Shown in pieces: positions 1 through 21,916 of a DNA stretch of 64,000 nucleotides. The number at the start of each line of letters is the position of its first letter. The first letter of the stretch is position 1. The stretch is from the human T2T-CHM13v2.0 reference genome, Homo sapiens. Location: the NCBI RefSeq assembly GCF_009914755.1, contig NC_060931.1; one strand, 5' to 3'. Under the pieces are notes generated by a model. That model was not told the origin of the DNA and searched no databases. It was given only the letters and a program-made list of their open reading frames with translations. The position numbers and the translations under genes are program-made.

Positions 1-218
1 CCACCGTAGTGAGACCCCCACCTCTACTAAAAATACAAAAATTGGCCGGGCATGGTGGCTCACTCCTGTAATCCCAGCACTTTGGGAGGCCGAGGCGGGT
101 GGATCACGAGGTCAGGAGATCGAGACCATCCTGGCTAACACAGTGAAACCCCATCTCTAATCAAAATACAAAAAATTAGCTGGGCGTGGTGGCAGGCGCC
201 TGTAGTCCCAGCTACTCA

Positions 219-338
<120 letters not shown>

Positions 339-725
339 TCACAATTATTTATCATATTTATTACCTCAAATAATTATTATTTTCTTTGCTTTTTGGGGGG
401 TGAGAACATGTAGATCTACTCTTTTACCAAATTTCAAGTATACAATGTTGTATATTGTTAACTATATTCACACTGCCATACATTAGATTTTCAGAACTTA
501 CTGATTTTGCAAACTGAATCTTTGCATACCCTGACCTATATCACAAAGAGAATTTTGAAAGCAGCAAGAGAAAAACATCTTGTCCCATATAAGGGAGGCT
601 GCGTAAGACTATCAATGGATTTCTCAAAAGAATCTTGCAGATCAAGAAACAGTGGGATGATTCAATGTACTGGAAGAAAGAGAAAGACCAAAAGGAATAC
701 TTTACCCCAGAAAAGCTGTCCTTTA

Positions 726-1184
<459 letters not shown>

Positions 1185-2518
1185 CTAAGTTTTCTGCCAG
1201 CTGTGTGGGGGCCAGCCTGCCCCTCTCTATCACAGCCAGCACCTGAACCCTGGGTACCTGAGGACACATATGCCAGCCTGCTTCTGATCCAGTCCCTCCA
1301 GTACTTATGCATGCCATCCAGAGCACCATATAGGGATCTGAGAATCAAGAAAATGGCTAGCCCAGTACACCATTGGCACATGATCGCTCTCTCTGGAGAC
1401 TAAGGCTGTGCTGACCCAGCTAGCCAACACTGCAACAGCTGAAATCCACCCTCATGTGCTGAAAGGTGAAGCTGCTTCCCCTTTGTACACAAAGGAGCAG
1501 CGTTCCTGCATGAGAGAACAGGCAAGCCACAGGGCTGTCTGTATTGGCCTGAGGGAAGAGGTCCTACCCTGAGGTTGCTCCTGTGAAGAGCCACAAGACA
1601 GGCATTTTCAATGGCTCTTGGCTACGTTATGACCTAGAGATAGATGACTGGGTCTGTATGAACTGAGAGTCATGAACTCTGGGACAGGGGTAGGATAGGG
1701 AAACAGATCATGTTCCTACCTACACAGGAGGTAGAGCTGGTACAGCTCCTCCCTCCCTACAGAGACCTGTGAGCATTTCACCAGGAGCTGCACCAGCCAC
1801 CCTCTAAAGGCTACTGTTCACGTTCATCATTGAGATGTTGGTGGGTAAGCTTTGTGGTCCAGCTCTGCCCAGCTGTGTCTTCCCCTCTGGGCTGAACAGG
1901 CAACTCAGAGTCTAGGCATTACATAGACCAGCCTATCACCTGAAACAACAGACAGGAAATCACAGTAAACAAAGATCAAACACACACCATCTGCTTCTGC
2001 CATAGCTGGCTCTTACTCATAAGTGCCACTTACTGGCATGGAGGTTAAACTACACAAATCAATAAAAAGTCTACTGACAGAAGGGCACAGGGCTAAAGAA
2101 ACAAAGCCAAAGCCCCCTACCCAATATATGCTGTAGTTACACCCACAAGGAGGAAAAACCCCATCTAAATTAAAGTAAATTCAAAAATAAGAAGTGACAA
2201 CTTTCCCAGATGAGAAGAAACCATCATAAGAAGTTTGGCATCATGAAGAAAAAAAAAAAAGCAGAATGTTTTGACACTACCAAAGGACACACTAGCTCTC
2301 TCGCAATGGATCCTAACCAAAATGAAAATTCTGAAATGAAAGATAATGAATTCAAAATATGGATTATAAGGAAGTTCAATGAGATCCAAGACAAAGCTGA
2401 AAATCAACACAAAGATACCAGAACAATGCAGAATGTGAATGAAGTACAGATATCTTAAAAAAAAAACAATTGAATTTCTAGAAATGAAAAACACACTGAA
2501 GGGTTGGGTTACAGATGA

Positions 2519-2650
<132 letters not shown>

Positions 2651-3490
2651 TGAGTAGCTGGGACTACAGGCACCCACTACCACGCCCGGCTAATTTTTTG
2701 TATTTTTAGTAGAGGTGGGGTTTCACCGTGTTAGCCAGGATGGTCTCGATCTCCTGACCTCGTGATCCGCCCATCTCGGCCTCCCAAAGTGCTGGGATTA
2801 CAGGCGTGAGCCACTGCACCCGGCCAGATGAAAGCTTTAACAATAGGCTAGACTAAGCAGAAGACAGACAGAAAATAGGATCCCAGTGCCTTTTGGCTTG
2901 TAAACTTTCTTCTGAGAAGTCGGCTGTTAGTCTAATGTGATTTCCTTTATAGGTGATTTGAAAATTGTCTCTTGCTTCTTTCAGAGTATTTTCCTTCAAG
3001 TTGCCTTTGGATAGTCTGGTGAAGTTCATCTTGCAAAATATTTTCAGGTATTTTCCGAGCTTCTCGTATCTGGATGTGTACCTCTCTAGCAAGGCCAAGA
3101 CAATTTTTCTGATTATTCCCTCAAATATGTTTCCAATCTTTTTACCTTTTCCTCTTCTCTCTCAGAAATGCCTACAACTCATAAGTTTGGTTGCTTTACA
3201 TAATTTCCGATTTATTGAACTCTTGATTATTTATTTAAATTTACTTTTTTTTTTGTCTGTGTTAGTTCAAAAAACCTGTTTTGTTTTTTGAAAAGATAAG
3301 AAAATTGATATGGTGCTAGGCCGGGCACGGTGGCTCACGCCTATAATCCTAGCACTTTGGGAGGCCAAGACAGGTGGATTGCCTGAGCTCAGGAGTTCCA
3401 GATCAGCCTGGGCAAGATGGTGAAACCCCGTATCTACTAAAATACAAAAAATCAGCTGTGCATGGTGGCAGGTGCTTGTAATCTCAGCTA

Positions 3491-3598
<108 letters not shown>

Positions 3599-3817
3599 TC
3601 AAAAAAAAAAAAGAAAGAAAGAAAAGAAAGAAAATTGATATGGTGCTAGCTAGATTAACCAAGAAAAAAGACAGAAGATTCAAGTAAGCACAAGCACAAT
3701 CAGAAGTGATAAAAGTGACATTACAACTGATACCACAGAAAACAAAAGATCATCAGAGACTAATATGAATATCTCTATGCATACAAACTAGAAAACCTAG
3801 ATAAAATGGTTAAATTC

Positions 3818-4943
<1,126 letters not shown>

Positions 4944-6420
4944 AAAATGGGTAAATACCTGGAAACATACAACCTCCTAAGACTAAACCAGGAAAAAATA
5001 GATATCCTAAATAGACCAATAACAAGTAATGAAATTGACTCACTAATAAAATAATTTCAAACAAATAAAAACAAGAACAGATAGGTTTACAGCCAAATTT
5101 TGCCACAAGTATAATGAAGAGCTGGTACCAGTCTTACTGAAACTATTCCAAAAATTTATGGAATTTTTGGATTGGAAGAATCAACATCATTACAAAGACC
5201 ACACTAACTAAAGCAATGTACAAATTAAATGCAATTCCTATCAAATTACCAATATCATTTTTTCACAGAATTAGAAAAAACGATCCTAAATATCATATGG
5301 AACCAAAAAAGCATTCAAATAGCCAAAGTACTCCTAAGCAAAAAGAACTAAGTCAGAGGCATCATGTGTCTGACTTCAAATTATACTATAATGCTATACT
5401 AAAAAAAACAGTATGGCATTGGTACAAAAACAGACAGATTAATGGAATGGAATAAAGAGTCCATTGCTAGGAAGGATACAGCTTAAAAAGGGAGAAAAAA
5501 ATTGTGAAAGAAAAGAGAATAAAGAACCAGTAATAAAATCACATGCCTACAACCAAGTGATGTTTGACAAAGTTGGCAAAAATAAACAGTGGGGAAAGAG
5601 CATTCTATTCAATAAATGGTGCTGGGAAAATTGGCTACCCATAGGCAAAAGAATGAAACTGAATTCCCATTTCTCATCATATACAAACTTTAACTCAAGA
5701 CGTATTAATGACTTAAATGAAAGACCAGAAGCTATAAAAATCCTAGAAGAAAATTTAGGAAAAACTCTTCTAGATATTGGCCTAGGAAAATAATTCATAA
5801 CTTAGACCTGAAAAGGAAATGCAACAAAACCAAATATACACAAATGAGACTTAAACTAAAGAGCACAGCAAAAGAAATAATCAACAGAGTAAACAGACAA
5901 CCTACACAATAAGAACAAAATATTTGCAAACTTTGCATCTGACAAAGAACTAATATCCAGAATCTAAAAAGAACACAAACAACTCAACAACAACAAAGAA
6001 TAAACAACCTCATTAAAAAAGACCGCAAAGGATATGAACAGACATTTCTCAAAAGAAGACATACAAGTGGCCACCAAACACATGAAAAATTGCTCAACAT
6101 CACCAATCATCAGAGAAATGCAAATTAAAACCACAATAAAGGCAGGGCGCAGTGGCTCACACCTGTAATCCCAGCACTTTGGGAGGCCAAGGCGGGTGGA
6201 TCACCTGAGGTCAGGAGTTCAAGACCAGCCTGACCAATATGGTTAAACCCCATCTCTACCAAAAATACAAAAATTAGCTGGGCATGGTGGCAGGCACCTG
6301 TAATCCCAGCTACTCGGAGGCTGAGGCAGGGGAATCTCTTGAACCCAGGAGGCAGAGGTTGCAGTGAGATGAGATCATACCACTGAACTCCAGCCTGAGT
6401 GACAGGGCGAGACTCTGTCT

Positions 6421-6423
<3 letters not shown>

Positions 6424-6461
<38 letters not shown>
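6424..6461 (+). repeat. (AC)n microsatellite in an Alu tail
   Basis: Direct reading, ~19 units. Confidence 0.9.
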
Positions 6462-6466
<5 letters not shown>

Positions 6467-7368
6467 AAGATATAAACACAACAGATGTTGGTGTGAATGC
6501 AGAGAATAATGAATGCTTATTCACTGTTGGTGGGACCATAACAACCTCTATGAAAAACAGCATAGAGATTTCTCGAAGCACTAAAAATAGAGCTACCATT
6601 TGGCCCAGTGATTATACTACTAGGCATCTGAAAGAAAAGAAATAATTATATAAAAAAGTCACTTTCACTCATGTGTATTACATTCCTACTCATAATAGTA
6701 AAGTCATGGAATTAACCTAAATGTCCATTAACAGTGGACTGGATTTATTTTAATATGGTATATATACACCATGGAATACTATGCAGCCATAAAAATGAAA
6801 TCATGCTCTGTGCAGTAACATGGATGGAGCTGGGGGCCATTATCCTAAGTGAAATAACTCAGAAACAGAAAATCAAATACCACATGTTCTCATAAGCAGG
6901 AGCTAAACAATGAGTACACAAGGACATAAAAATGGAAACAATAGATAGTGAGACTCCAAAAGGGAGAGACTGGGAGGAGGCCGATGGTCAAAATATTATC
7001 TATTGGTAGTGAGATGTGATCACGCCACTGCACACCAGCCAGGGCAACAGAGTGAGATCATGTCTCAAAAAAAAAATGATCTGTTGGGTACAATATTTAC
7101 TATTTCAGGATAGTTACACTAGAAGCCAAACCTCACCATTATGCAATATATCTATTTGACAAATATGCACTTATACCCTCTGAATCTAAAATAAAAAACA
7201 AAGGAATTCTATAGTAGTAAACACCTACATCTTTTTTTAAAAAAAGATCTCGCCTGTGTGGTGGCTCACGCCTGTAATCCCAGCACTTTGTGAGGCCGAG
7301 GCAGGCAGATTGCCCAAGGTCAGGAGTTCGAGAAAGCCTGGCTAACATGGTGAAACCCCATCCTACTA

Positions 7369-7545
<177 letters not shown>

Positions 7546-7683
7546 TCAAATAAACAACCTAACTTTACACACACACAAACACACACACACAAATAGCAGA
7601 AGGAAAGAAATAACAAAGATTAGAGCATAAATAAATGAAATAGAGAATAAAAAAAATTTTAATCGGCCAGGCACGGTGGCTCA

Positions 7684-8490
<807 letters not shown>

Positions 8491-8641
8491 GCTGTATGAA
8501 TTAAATCTAAATAAATCTGTTTACAAAGAATCGATTCTCAGCAGAAGCTTTACAAAATTAAAAAAATTAAAAATTCTCACACTGGATTCTGGATAAACAC
8601 TCATTTCTAGCCTCTTTGTCAGATATGTTACTGAAACTTAC

Positions 8642-8803
8642 ACTAACTGAGGAGTTCGCTTGAGCAGCAGTTTCTTCATCTGTTGGGAGCTGATATATCT
8701 GGATGCCATTGCTAATCAATTCACTCATTATCTTATTCTTAAACGTCTGTAAATCATTTTTAGAAATAGTGTCTGCTTTGGCAATCAGTGGTATAATATT
8801 CAC
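8642..8803 (-). CDS. SEPTIN14: Septin-14 coding exon with G4 motif ([11 protein letters not shown]...NSSVS); the gene continues beyond position 1
   Basis: 162 nt; acceptor ttcttcatag, donor AGT|GTAAGT; AKAD motif. The five exons total 720 nt (240 codons) with no stop. Confidence 0.96.
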
Positions 8804-8809
8804 CTATGA

Positions 8810-9067
<258 letters not shown>

Positions 9068-9387
9068 TAGCCAGGATGGTCTCAATCTCCTGACCTCGTG
9101 ATCCGCCTGCCCCGGCCTCCCAAAGTGCTGGGATTACAGGCGTGAGCCACTGCGCCCAGCCATCCTATAGTTTTTATAGTAAAGCCTTCACAATCTCTGA
9201 CAACAAATTGCATAACTAGGTAATCACTGGCTGTCATGCTTTTCTTAAAAATTATTTTCCAAAATTATCAATACTTTTGAAGATTGATCTTTTATCCAAA
9301 TTCAGGTTTAGAAGTCTCAACCTTGTTTCTCTTCTAAAAATCCCTTATACCTCTACACATATGGAGTTAGTAAAATGTAAATAGTAG

Positions 9388-9624
<237 letters not shown>

Positions 9625-10615
9625 TAGCCAGGATATTCTCGATCTCCTGACCTCGTGATCCGCTCGCCTCAGCCTCCCAAAGTGCTGGGATTACAGGCCT
9701 GAGCCACCGTGCCTGGTCTATTTAATTTATTTTCAATTTTATTTCTTATTAAGCTGAGTGATAAAAGACAAATTCAAAGAACTTTCCTCAAAATTGTGGA
9801 AGGGATTTTGTCCTTCTACTTTTTACATCACTTTTTCCATCAATCAATCTTAATTAATGTCCCATTTTCACTCTCTTGCCCCGCCTAGATGTGTTTGCAG
9901 ATAGATTTGCTATTGTTTTTCAAAGACCACCTAAAAAGAATATAGATGTTTTTGATTACCATATTCTTTCTTTTTTTGAGGCGGAATCTTGCTCTGTCGC
10001 CCAGGCTGGAGTGCAATGGCGCAATCTAGGCTCAGGGCAACGTCTGCCTCCCGGGTTCAAGCAAGTCTCCTGCTTCAGCCTCCTGAGTAGCTGGGATTAC
10101 AGGTGCCCGCCACCATACCCGGTTGATTTTTGCATTTTTAGTAGAGACAGGGTTTCACCATGTTGGCCAGGCTAGTCTCGAACTCCTGACCTCAGGATAC
10201 AACCACTTCAGCCTCCCAAAGTGTTGGGATTATAGGCATGAGCCACCACACCTGGCCTGGTTACCATATTCTAAAGGCCGTGTGTGTATGTATGTGTGTG
10301 TGTGCGCGTGTGTGTGTATAAGAACACCTTGCAAACAAATATGTTCATTTTTCTTTTGTAAAAAGACATAATTTCCACATTGAAAGTTAAATATTTGCAT
10401 ATTTGAGGTTGAATTTTTACCCACAAAGTTTTTTCCTAGTGCTTCAATATGAGCACTCCTGCCTTTTGCATTTGCACTTAAATAACTAAACTTTTTAGGA
10501 AATAACAATATACAAAATTATATAATGTTTTATTACTGTTAAAATATCTTATTAAATTATAGCTCCACAAAATCAATATCTGTAATATAGTAGAAATACA
10601 TAAATATAAATTTTA

Positions 10616-11038
<423 letters not shown>

Positions 11039-11365
11039 TTAACTAGAAATCTAATTTATTTCAACTACTTAATGACATCTGAGATTAAGTACAAAGTCTC
11101 TTTTCAGTTTGAACAATATATAGTAAAAGTTGAGATTCCTCGGATAAAAGGAACCCAACTTAGAACTTTTTCTCTCTTCAACTAAATAAAGATGTCTTCA
11201 ACTAATTTAAGTTGAAGACAGCATGTTTTGTTAGGGCTGAGTGCAGAAAAGAATCTGATAATATGACAATTTCCTTTATATGTATATTGCTTTTCTATAT
11301 TTAAAAAAGAAAATATACTTTTAACCTTTTTTTTTTTTTTGAGAGAGAGAGAGAGAGGGTCTTGA

Positions 11366-11515
<150 letters not shown>

Positions 11516-12636
11516 TAGAGACAGGGTCTCACTATGTTGTTCTAGCTGGTCTCAAACTTCCAGGCTCAGGCAATCCTCCCTCCTCAGCCTCCCAAAGTGC
11601 TGGGATTACAGGCGTGAGCCACCATGTCTGGCCCTTCTAAATTTTTTATGAAAAATGATTTTAGACTTATGGAAGAGTTGCATGAATATTACAGAGAAAG
11701 AAATTGAGGCATCATAATTTTCCCAAAGCCACACAGTGAGCAAGTAACAGGGTCAGGTTTGTGAAAGCAGGCAGCTTGAACCCACTACCCATGCTTTTTT
11801 ATTTATTTTTTTTTTTGGAGACAGAGTTTCACTCTTGTTGCCCAGGCTGAAGTGCAATGGCGTGATCTCGGCTCACCGCAACCTCTGCCTGCGGGTTCAA
11901 GCAATTATCCTGCCTCAGCCTCCCGAGTAGCTGGGATTACAGGCATGTGCCACCACGCCCAGCTAATTTTGTATTTTTTAGTAGAGACAGGGTTTCACCA
12001 TGTTGGTCAGGCTGTTCTCAAACTCCTGACCTCAGGTGATCTACCTGTCTCGGCCTCCCAGAGTGCCGGGATTACAGGGTGAGCCCTGGCTCCCAGCCCT
12101 CCCCATGTTTTTAATCACAGAAAGCGCTAGACATTTTTCCCAAGGTCACAGACACCTAGCAAGTGATAAAGCAAATATTCAAAAGCTGCTTCCACTGACA
12201 AGTCCTGTGACCTTTACATATTCAAAAATTAAAATTCCTTCTGTATGGATAAATCTGAGCTTCATAAACATTCAACGGACTGATTTTCTGTACAATAAAA
12301 CCAAACTACAAAAAACTGCTGAATAATTAGAAAAATTAATCAAATGAACAGAGTCTCCTATCGATTTTGAGATTTTGCTGAAGCCATGGGGCTTAAGCAG
12401 CCTATTGAAAGGAAGTCCTCGTGTGTCCCAGGTTTTTGCTGGAAAGAATTATGCTTTTCTTAGCTGTTTCTATATAACAAGCAGTAGCTGCCTGCAGGCT
12501 CTTGTATCTGAATCCTGTCTGATATGATCTGTAACCAGGATCACAAAAGCTTTCTGTTTCACACCATCAGTGGTACTAGTCAAACATCAGTGGGATTATT
12601 TCACAGTATCATATAGTAAATTTTATTTTAAAAATA

Positions 12637-13906
<1,270 letters not shown>

Positions 13907-13954
13907 ATAGGCAAATGGCCATGATCTGGGAGGTAAGTCAAGGTTGAAATCTAT

Positions 13955-14953
<999 letters not shown>

Positions 14954-15005
14954 TTAACAGAAAAAGATAATTAGGATATATACATATATTACAAAATGAC
15001 AGGTA

Positions 15006-16470
<1,465 letters not shown>

Positions 16471-16628
16471 CTACACTTGCATGCAAGTGCCTTCAAGATG
16501 TCTTATTATCTCAAAATTAATATTACATCATGAAAGGTTGAGACCAGGAACAATGGCTCATGCCTGTAATCCCAACAACTCTGGGAGGGCAAGGTGGGTG
16601 GATCACTTGAGCCAGAAGTTCAAGTTCA

Positions 16629-16916
<288 letters not shown>

Positions 16917-17159
16917 TCAGGAGATCGAGACCATCCTGGCTAACATGGTGAAACCCCATCTCTACTAAAAATACAAAAAAATTAGCCGGGCGTGGTGGCA
17001 GGTGCCTGTAGTCCCAGCTACTCGGGAGGCTGAAGCTGGAGAATGGCGTGAACCTGGGAGGCGGAGCTTGCGGTGAGATCGCACCACTGCACTCCAGCCT
17101 GGGCGACAGAGGGAGACTCCGTCTCAAAAAAAAAAAGATGGTAGATTTACCAAACATAC

Positions 17160-17346
17160 CTTACTGTCAAGGTTCTTCATTGTTAATAGATCAAGAGACT
17201 TCAGGGAATGTCCTGTAGGTGAAATGAAGTAAAGACACACGTGGACGCGAGAATCATGGTACTCAAACAAGGAACGTTTAATCTTCAGTTCTTCTTGAAG
17301 ATAGGCCTCAAATTGGGCATCTATGTAGTCAACTATTGGTTGGTAG
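17160..17346 (-). CDS. SEPTIN14: Septin-14 coding exon ([62 protein letters not shown])
   Basis: 187 nt; T9-AG acceptor, AAG|GTATGT donor; septin motifs [11 protein letters not shown] and PTGHSL. Confidence 0.96.
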
Positions 17347-17943
17347 CTAAAAAAAAATTTATACATTTAGCATAACAGACTAATAAAATCTAAAGCCTGC
17401 TTTTTGACCACTTAATGAGCAGTTAACATGTATGTAAGCAGTTTGCTATAGTGATGAAGAAAAAGTTCATAACATGTCCATACAAAGATATTAATTCTAA
17501 ACCAATAATAAGGCTCATGCTTTACTCTATGGTTATGTAAAATGTAAACATAGAGGAAAGCTGGGTGCATCCGACAGGGGACTAGTATCCAGAATATACA
17601 AAGAATGCAAGCAACTAAACAACAACAACAAGAAGAACAAATAATCCCATTAAAAAGTGGGCAAAGGACATGAATAGACATTTTTCAGAACACCAAAATA
17701 CAAGGCAAAACCACAATGAGATATCATCTTATCTCAGTCAGAATGGCTATTGTTAAAAAGATAAAAAATGGCCGGGCGCGGTGGCTCACGCCTGTAATCA
17801 CAGCACTTTGGGAGGCCAAGGTGGGTGGATCACGAGGTCAGGAGTTCAAGACCATCCTGGCTAACACGGTGAAACCCTGTCTCTGCTAAAAATACAAAAA
17901 TTATCTGGGTGTGGTGGCAGGCGCCTGTAGTCCCAGGTACTCA

Positions 17944-18183
<240 letters not shown>

Positions 18184-18740
18184 CTATACAAACAATTTTT
18201 AAAATTAGCCAGGCATGGTGGCATGTGCCTGTAGTCTCAGTTACTCAAGAGGCTGAGGTGGAAGGATTCACTTGAGCCTGGGAGGTCGAAGCTGCAGTGA
18301 GCCAAGCTTGTGCCACTGCACTCCAGCCTGGGTGATGGAATGAAAAACTGTCTCAAAAAATAATAATAAAAATAATTAAATAACATAATTTGGCAAGGGT
18401 ACACAGAAATGGGAACCCTTAGACACTGTTGGTGGGAATGTAAATTAGTACAACGTCTACGGAAAATTTGTACAAATAAAGTTAAATAAAGAAATAAGGA
18501 AATAAGCTAAAACTAATAGAAGCTATATTTAAAATTTTTTGCTATAACTGGCTAAATAAAAATCTTGTAAGAAAGTCAATTATATACAAAAGTATTAATC
18601 TTATAAGAAAAGAACATTACTTAGGAAAATATTAAAATCTGGAAGAAAAGGTATTACTTACACAAATTAGTCTATGGCAAAGGAAGTCAAATTCCTTGAA
18701 ATAAGAAAACCTTTTTTAATTTAAATAAGAAAACACTCAC

Positions 18741-18936
18741 CTGGCTTCTTTGTCTATTTGATCACCATACCCTACTGTCTCCACAACAGTCAATTTCAAC
18801 TGAACATTGCTTTCCTGAAGTTCATATGTCTGAATTTGAAGTCCAACATTTGAGTAAAAATGTGAGGATTTGTTATCTTTCAAGTTAGTATTAAACAATG
18901 TGTCTATCAGTGTCGATTTTCCAATTCCAGTCTCCC
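18741..18936 (-). CDS. SEPTIN14: Septin-14 coding exon with P-loop (GETGIGKST) and G3 region (ETVG)
   Basis: 196 nt; acceptor tattacag, donor AG|GTGAGT; covered by ORF 18737..18949. Confidence 0.96.
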
Positions 18937-19130
18937 CTGTAATAGACATAGAGTCATTGTCATAGGGACATAAAGGGGCTAAGAAAAAGCAACACTTTGA
19001 ATTCCTACGGTGGTTTTTAAAATCTTAGAAAGTTGAACTCATAGAAGTAGAGAGTAGTATTCTGGCTACCAGAGGCTGGGGGAGCAGGAGAAAGGAAAGG
19101 TGGAGTAGTTGGTCAAAGGTACAAAGTTTC

Positions 19131-19662
19131 TTTTTTTTTTTTTACTTTTATTTTAGGTTGGGAGTACACGTGCAGGTTTGTTATATCAGTAAACTCATGA
19201 CATGAGGGTTTGTTGTACAGATTATTTCATCACCCAGGTACTAAGCATGGTAACCAATAGTTATTTTATCTGATCCTCTCCCTCCTCCAAACCTCCACCC
19301 TCAAGTAGACACCAGTGTCTGTTATTCCCCTTTTTGTGTCCATGTGTTCTCATCATTTAGCTCCCACTTACAAGTGAGAACATGGCACATGTTCTCAGCC
19401 ATAAAAAAGAAGGAGATCATGTCCTTTGCAGGAACATGGATGGAGCTGGAGGCCATCATCCTTAGCAAACCATCAGAGCTCATTGTAGCGCTATTCACAG
19501 TAGCAAAGACATGGAATCAACCTAAATGTTCATCAATGGTAGACTGGATAAAGAAAATATGGTACATATACACCATGGAATACTACACAGCCATGAAAAA
19601 GAATGAGATCATGTCCTTTGCAGGAACATGGATGGAGCTAGAGGTCATCATCCTTAGCAAAC
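19131..19662 (-). mobile_element. 5'-inverted, truncated L1 3' end inserted into an older L1 3'UTR
   Basis: Poly-T at 19131; antisense 3'UTR to ~19388, then sense pieces; short TSD agtttc at 19125-19130 and 19663-19668. Confidence 0.75.
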
Positions 19663-20079
19663 AGTTTCAAACAGGAGTAGAAATAAGTTTTGAGATCTAT
19701 TGCACAGCAGAGTGACTATAGTCAATGTATTGTATATTTCAAAATAATCAAGAGAGTTAATTTCAAATGTCTCATCATAAAAAAATGATAAGTAAACCGG
19801 GTAATAGATACATTAATTCACTTGATTGAATCATTCCAAATTGTAAACATATAGCAAAACCTCACATTGTATCCATACATGTAAATAACTATGATTTTTC
19901 AATTAAAAATAATATTAATTTTAAAAATAAATAAAGGGTCTCAAATACTTCAAAGACTGGGATGGCCTTGAAAATATACATGCTAGGCCGGGTGCGGTGG
20001 CTCACGCCTGTAATCCCAGCACTTTGGGAGGCTGAGGCGGGCGGATCACGAGGTCAGGAGATCGAGACCATCCTGGCTA

Positions 20080-20352
<273 letters not shown>

Positions 20353-20748
20353 TCATTAACATAATGGAAAAAGAAAGTATATACTAAGCTACATCAGACT
20401 TTTAAGAGCACAGGAATGTGTCAATTTTTAACAATCACTACAGGTCGAGTGTGGTGTCTCATGCCTGTAATCCCAGCACTTTGGGAAGCTGAGGTGGGCA
20501 GATTGCTTGAGCCCAGGCGGCTGAGGCTACAGTGAGCCATAATCACACCATTGCACTCCAGCCTGGGCAACAAAGTGAGAACCTGTCTCAAAAAATAAAA
20601 GGATTACATAATATGGCTAAGATGAGAATCACTGTAAACATGAAGATATATTTGAATTAATAGCATCAATGTTACACTGCTTAAGATAAGTTGAAATGAA
20701 CATTGGGAAAAATGAAGGAATAATTCAAATGAGGTGTTTGACACTTAC

Positions 20749-20869
20749 CCACACAGAGAATATTAAAAGTGAATCCTTGTCGGATAGATCTGCTCACCAA
20801 CTGATTGGGCAAACATTCAAAACCAAAATGTCCAATCGTAGTTAAACAACGAATATTATTTTCTTTTTG
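20749..20869 (-). CDS. SEPTIN14: Septin-14 coding exon ([41 protein letters not shown])
   Basis: 121 nt; acceptor ttttatttaag, donor G|GTAAGT; SEPT6-group motif GHFGF..LPNQLV..S..QGF.FNILCVG; phase fits both neighbours. Confidence 0.95.
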
Positions 20870-21612
20870 CTTAAATAAAACAAAAATTTAGAGTTTTGTG
20901 TTAGAATAAAAAATGAAGTCATTTGAAAGGAAAATGATTATAGTACATCAAATAAATTAGAATTGATTATCATTTGCTTATCATACCTCAGACAAGATGC
21001 AAATATATTAAGTAAATTTGTGAAAATAGAAGTCTGTGTTCAAACACATAGATTTGGCTATTATTTTTATAAATAAAGTGAATCTATCTCTCAGCACACT
21101 CAAAGAGGCTCTGTTTCTAAATTTTAAAAGAGACAGGGGACAGGCACGGTGGCTCATGCCTGTAATCCCAGCACTTTGGGAGGCTGAGGCAGGCGGATCA
21201 TGAGGTCAGGAGTTCGAGACCAGCCTGGCCAACATTGTGAAACCCCATCTCTACTAAAAATACAAAATTAGCCGGGCATGCTTGTACTAAAAATACAAAA
21301 TTGGTGGTGCATGCTTGTAATCCCAGTTACTCAGGAGGCTGAGGCAGGAGAATCACTTCAACCCGGGAGGGGGAGGTTGCAGTGAGGCAAGAGCACACCA
21401 CTGCACTCCAGCCTGGGTGACAGAGTGAAACTCTGTCTCAAAAAATTAATTAATTAATTAAATAGGGAATTAAGGAAATACTACAAGAAACTCTAATGTA
21501 TTACTGTAACATAATAAATTATTTCTTCCATAAGAAAAAAGAAAAAAACTTTAACATCCTTTCATTCTGCTGCAGCGTATTAATATATTGAGAAAATCCC
21601 ACACATGTTAAT

Positions 21613-21916
21613 CCAGATGCTTCTCAACTTATGATGAGGCTATGTCCCAAGAAACCCCTCCTAAATTGAACATATTGTAAGTCAAAACTGCATTTAACAC
21701 ACATAACAAAACTGAACATTATAGCTCAGCTTTGCCTGCCTTAGACATGCTCAGAACACTTACATTAGCCTACAGTTGGGCAAAATCAACTAACACAAAG
21801 CTTATGTTATAATAAAGTATTAAATATCTCATGTAATTTATCAAACAAAGTGAAAAACAGCACTATTATAGAGTCAACAATTTAAGTTGAATGATTGTAA
21901 GCTGGAGATCCTCTAC
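21613..21916. mobile_element. Tigger4a (Zombi) DNA transposon
   Basis: cagatgcttctcaacttatgatg...gctcagaacacttacattagcctacagttgggcaaaatc...ttgtaagctggagatc. Confidence 0.75.
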
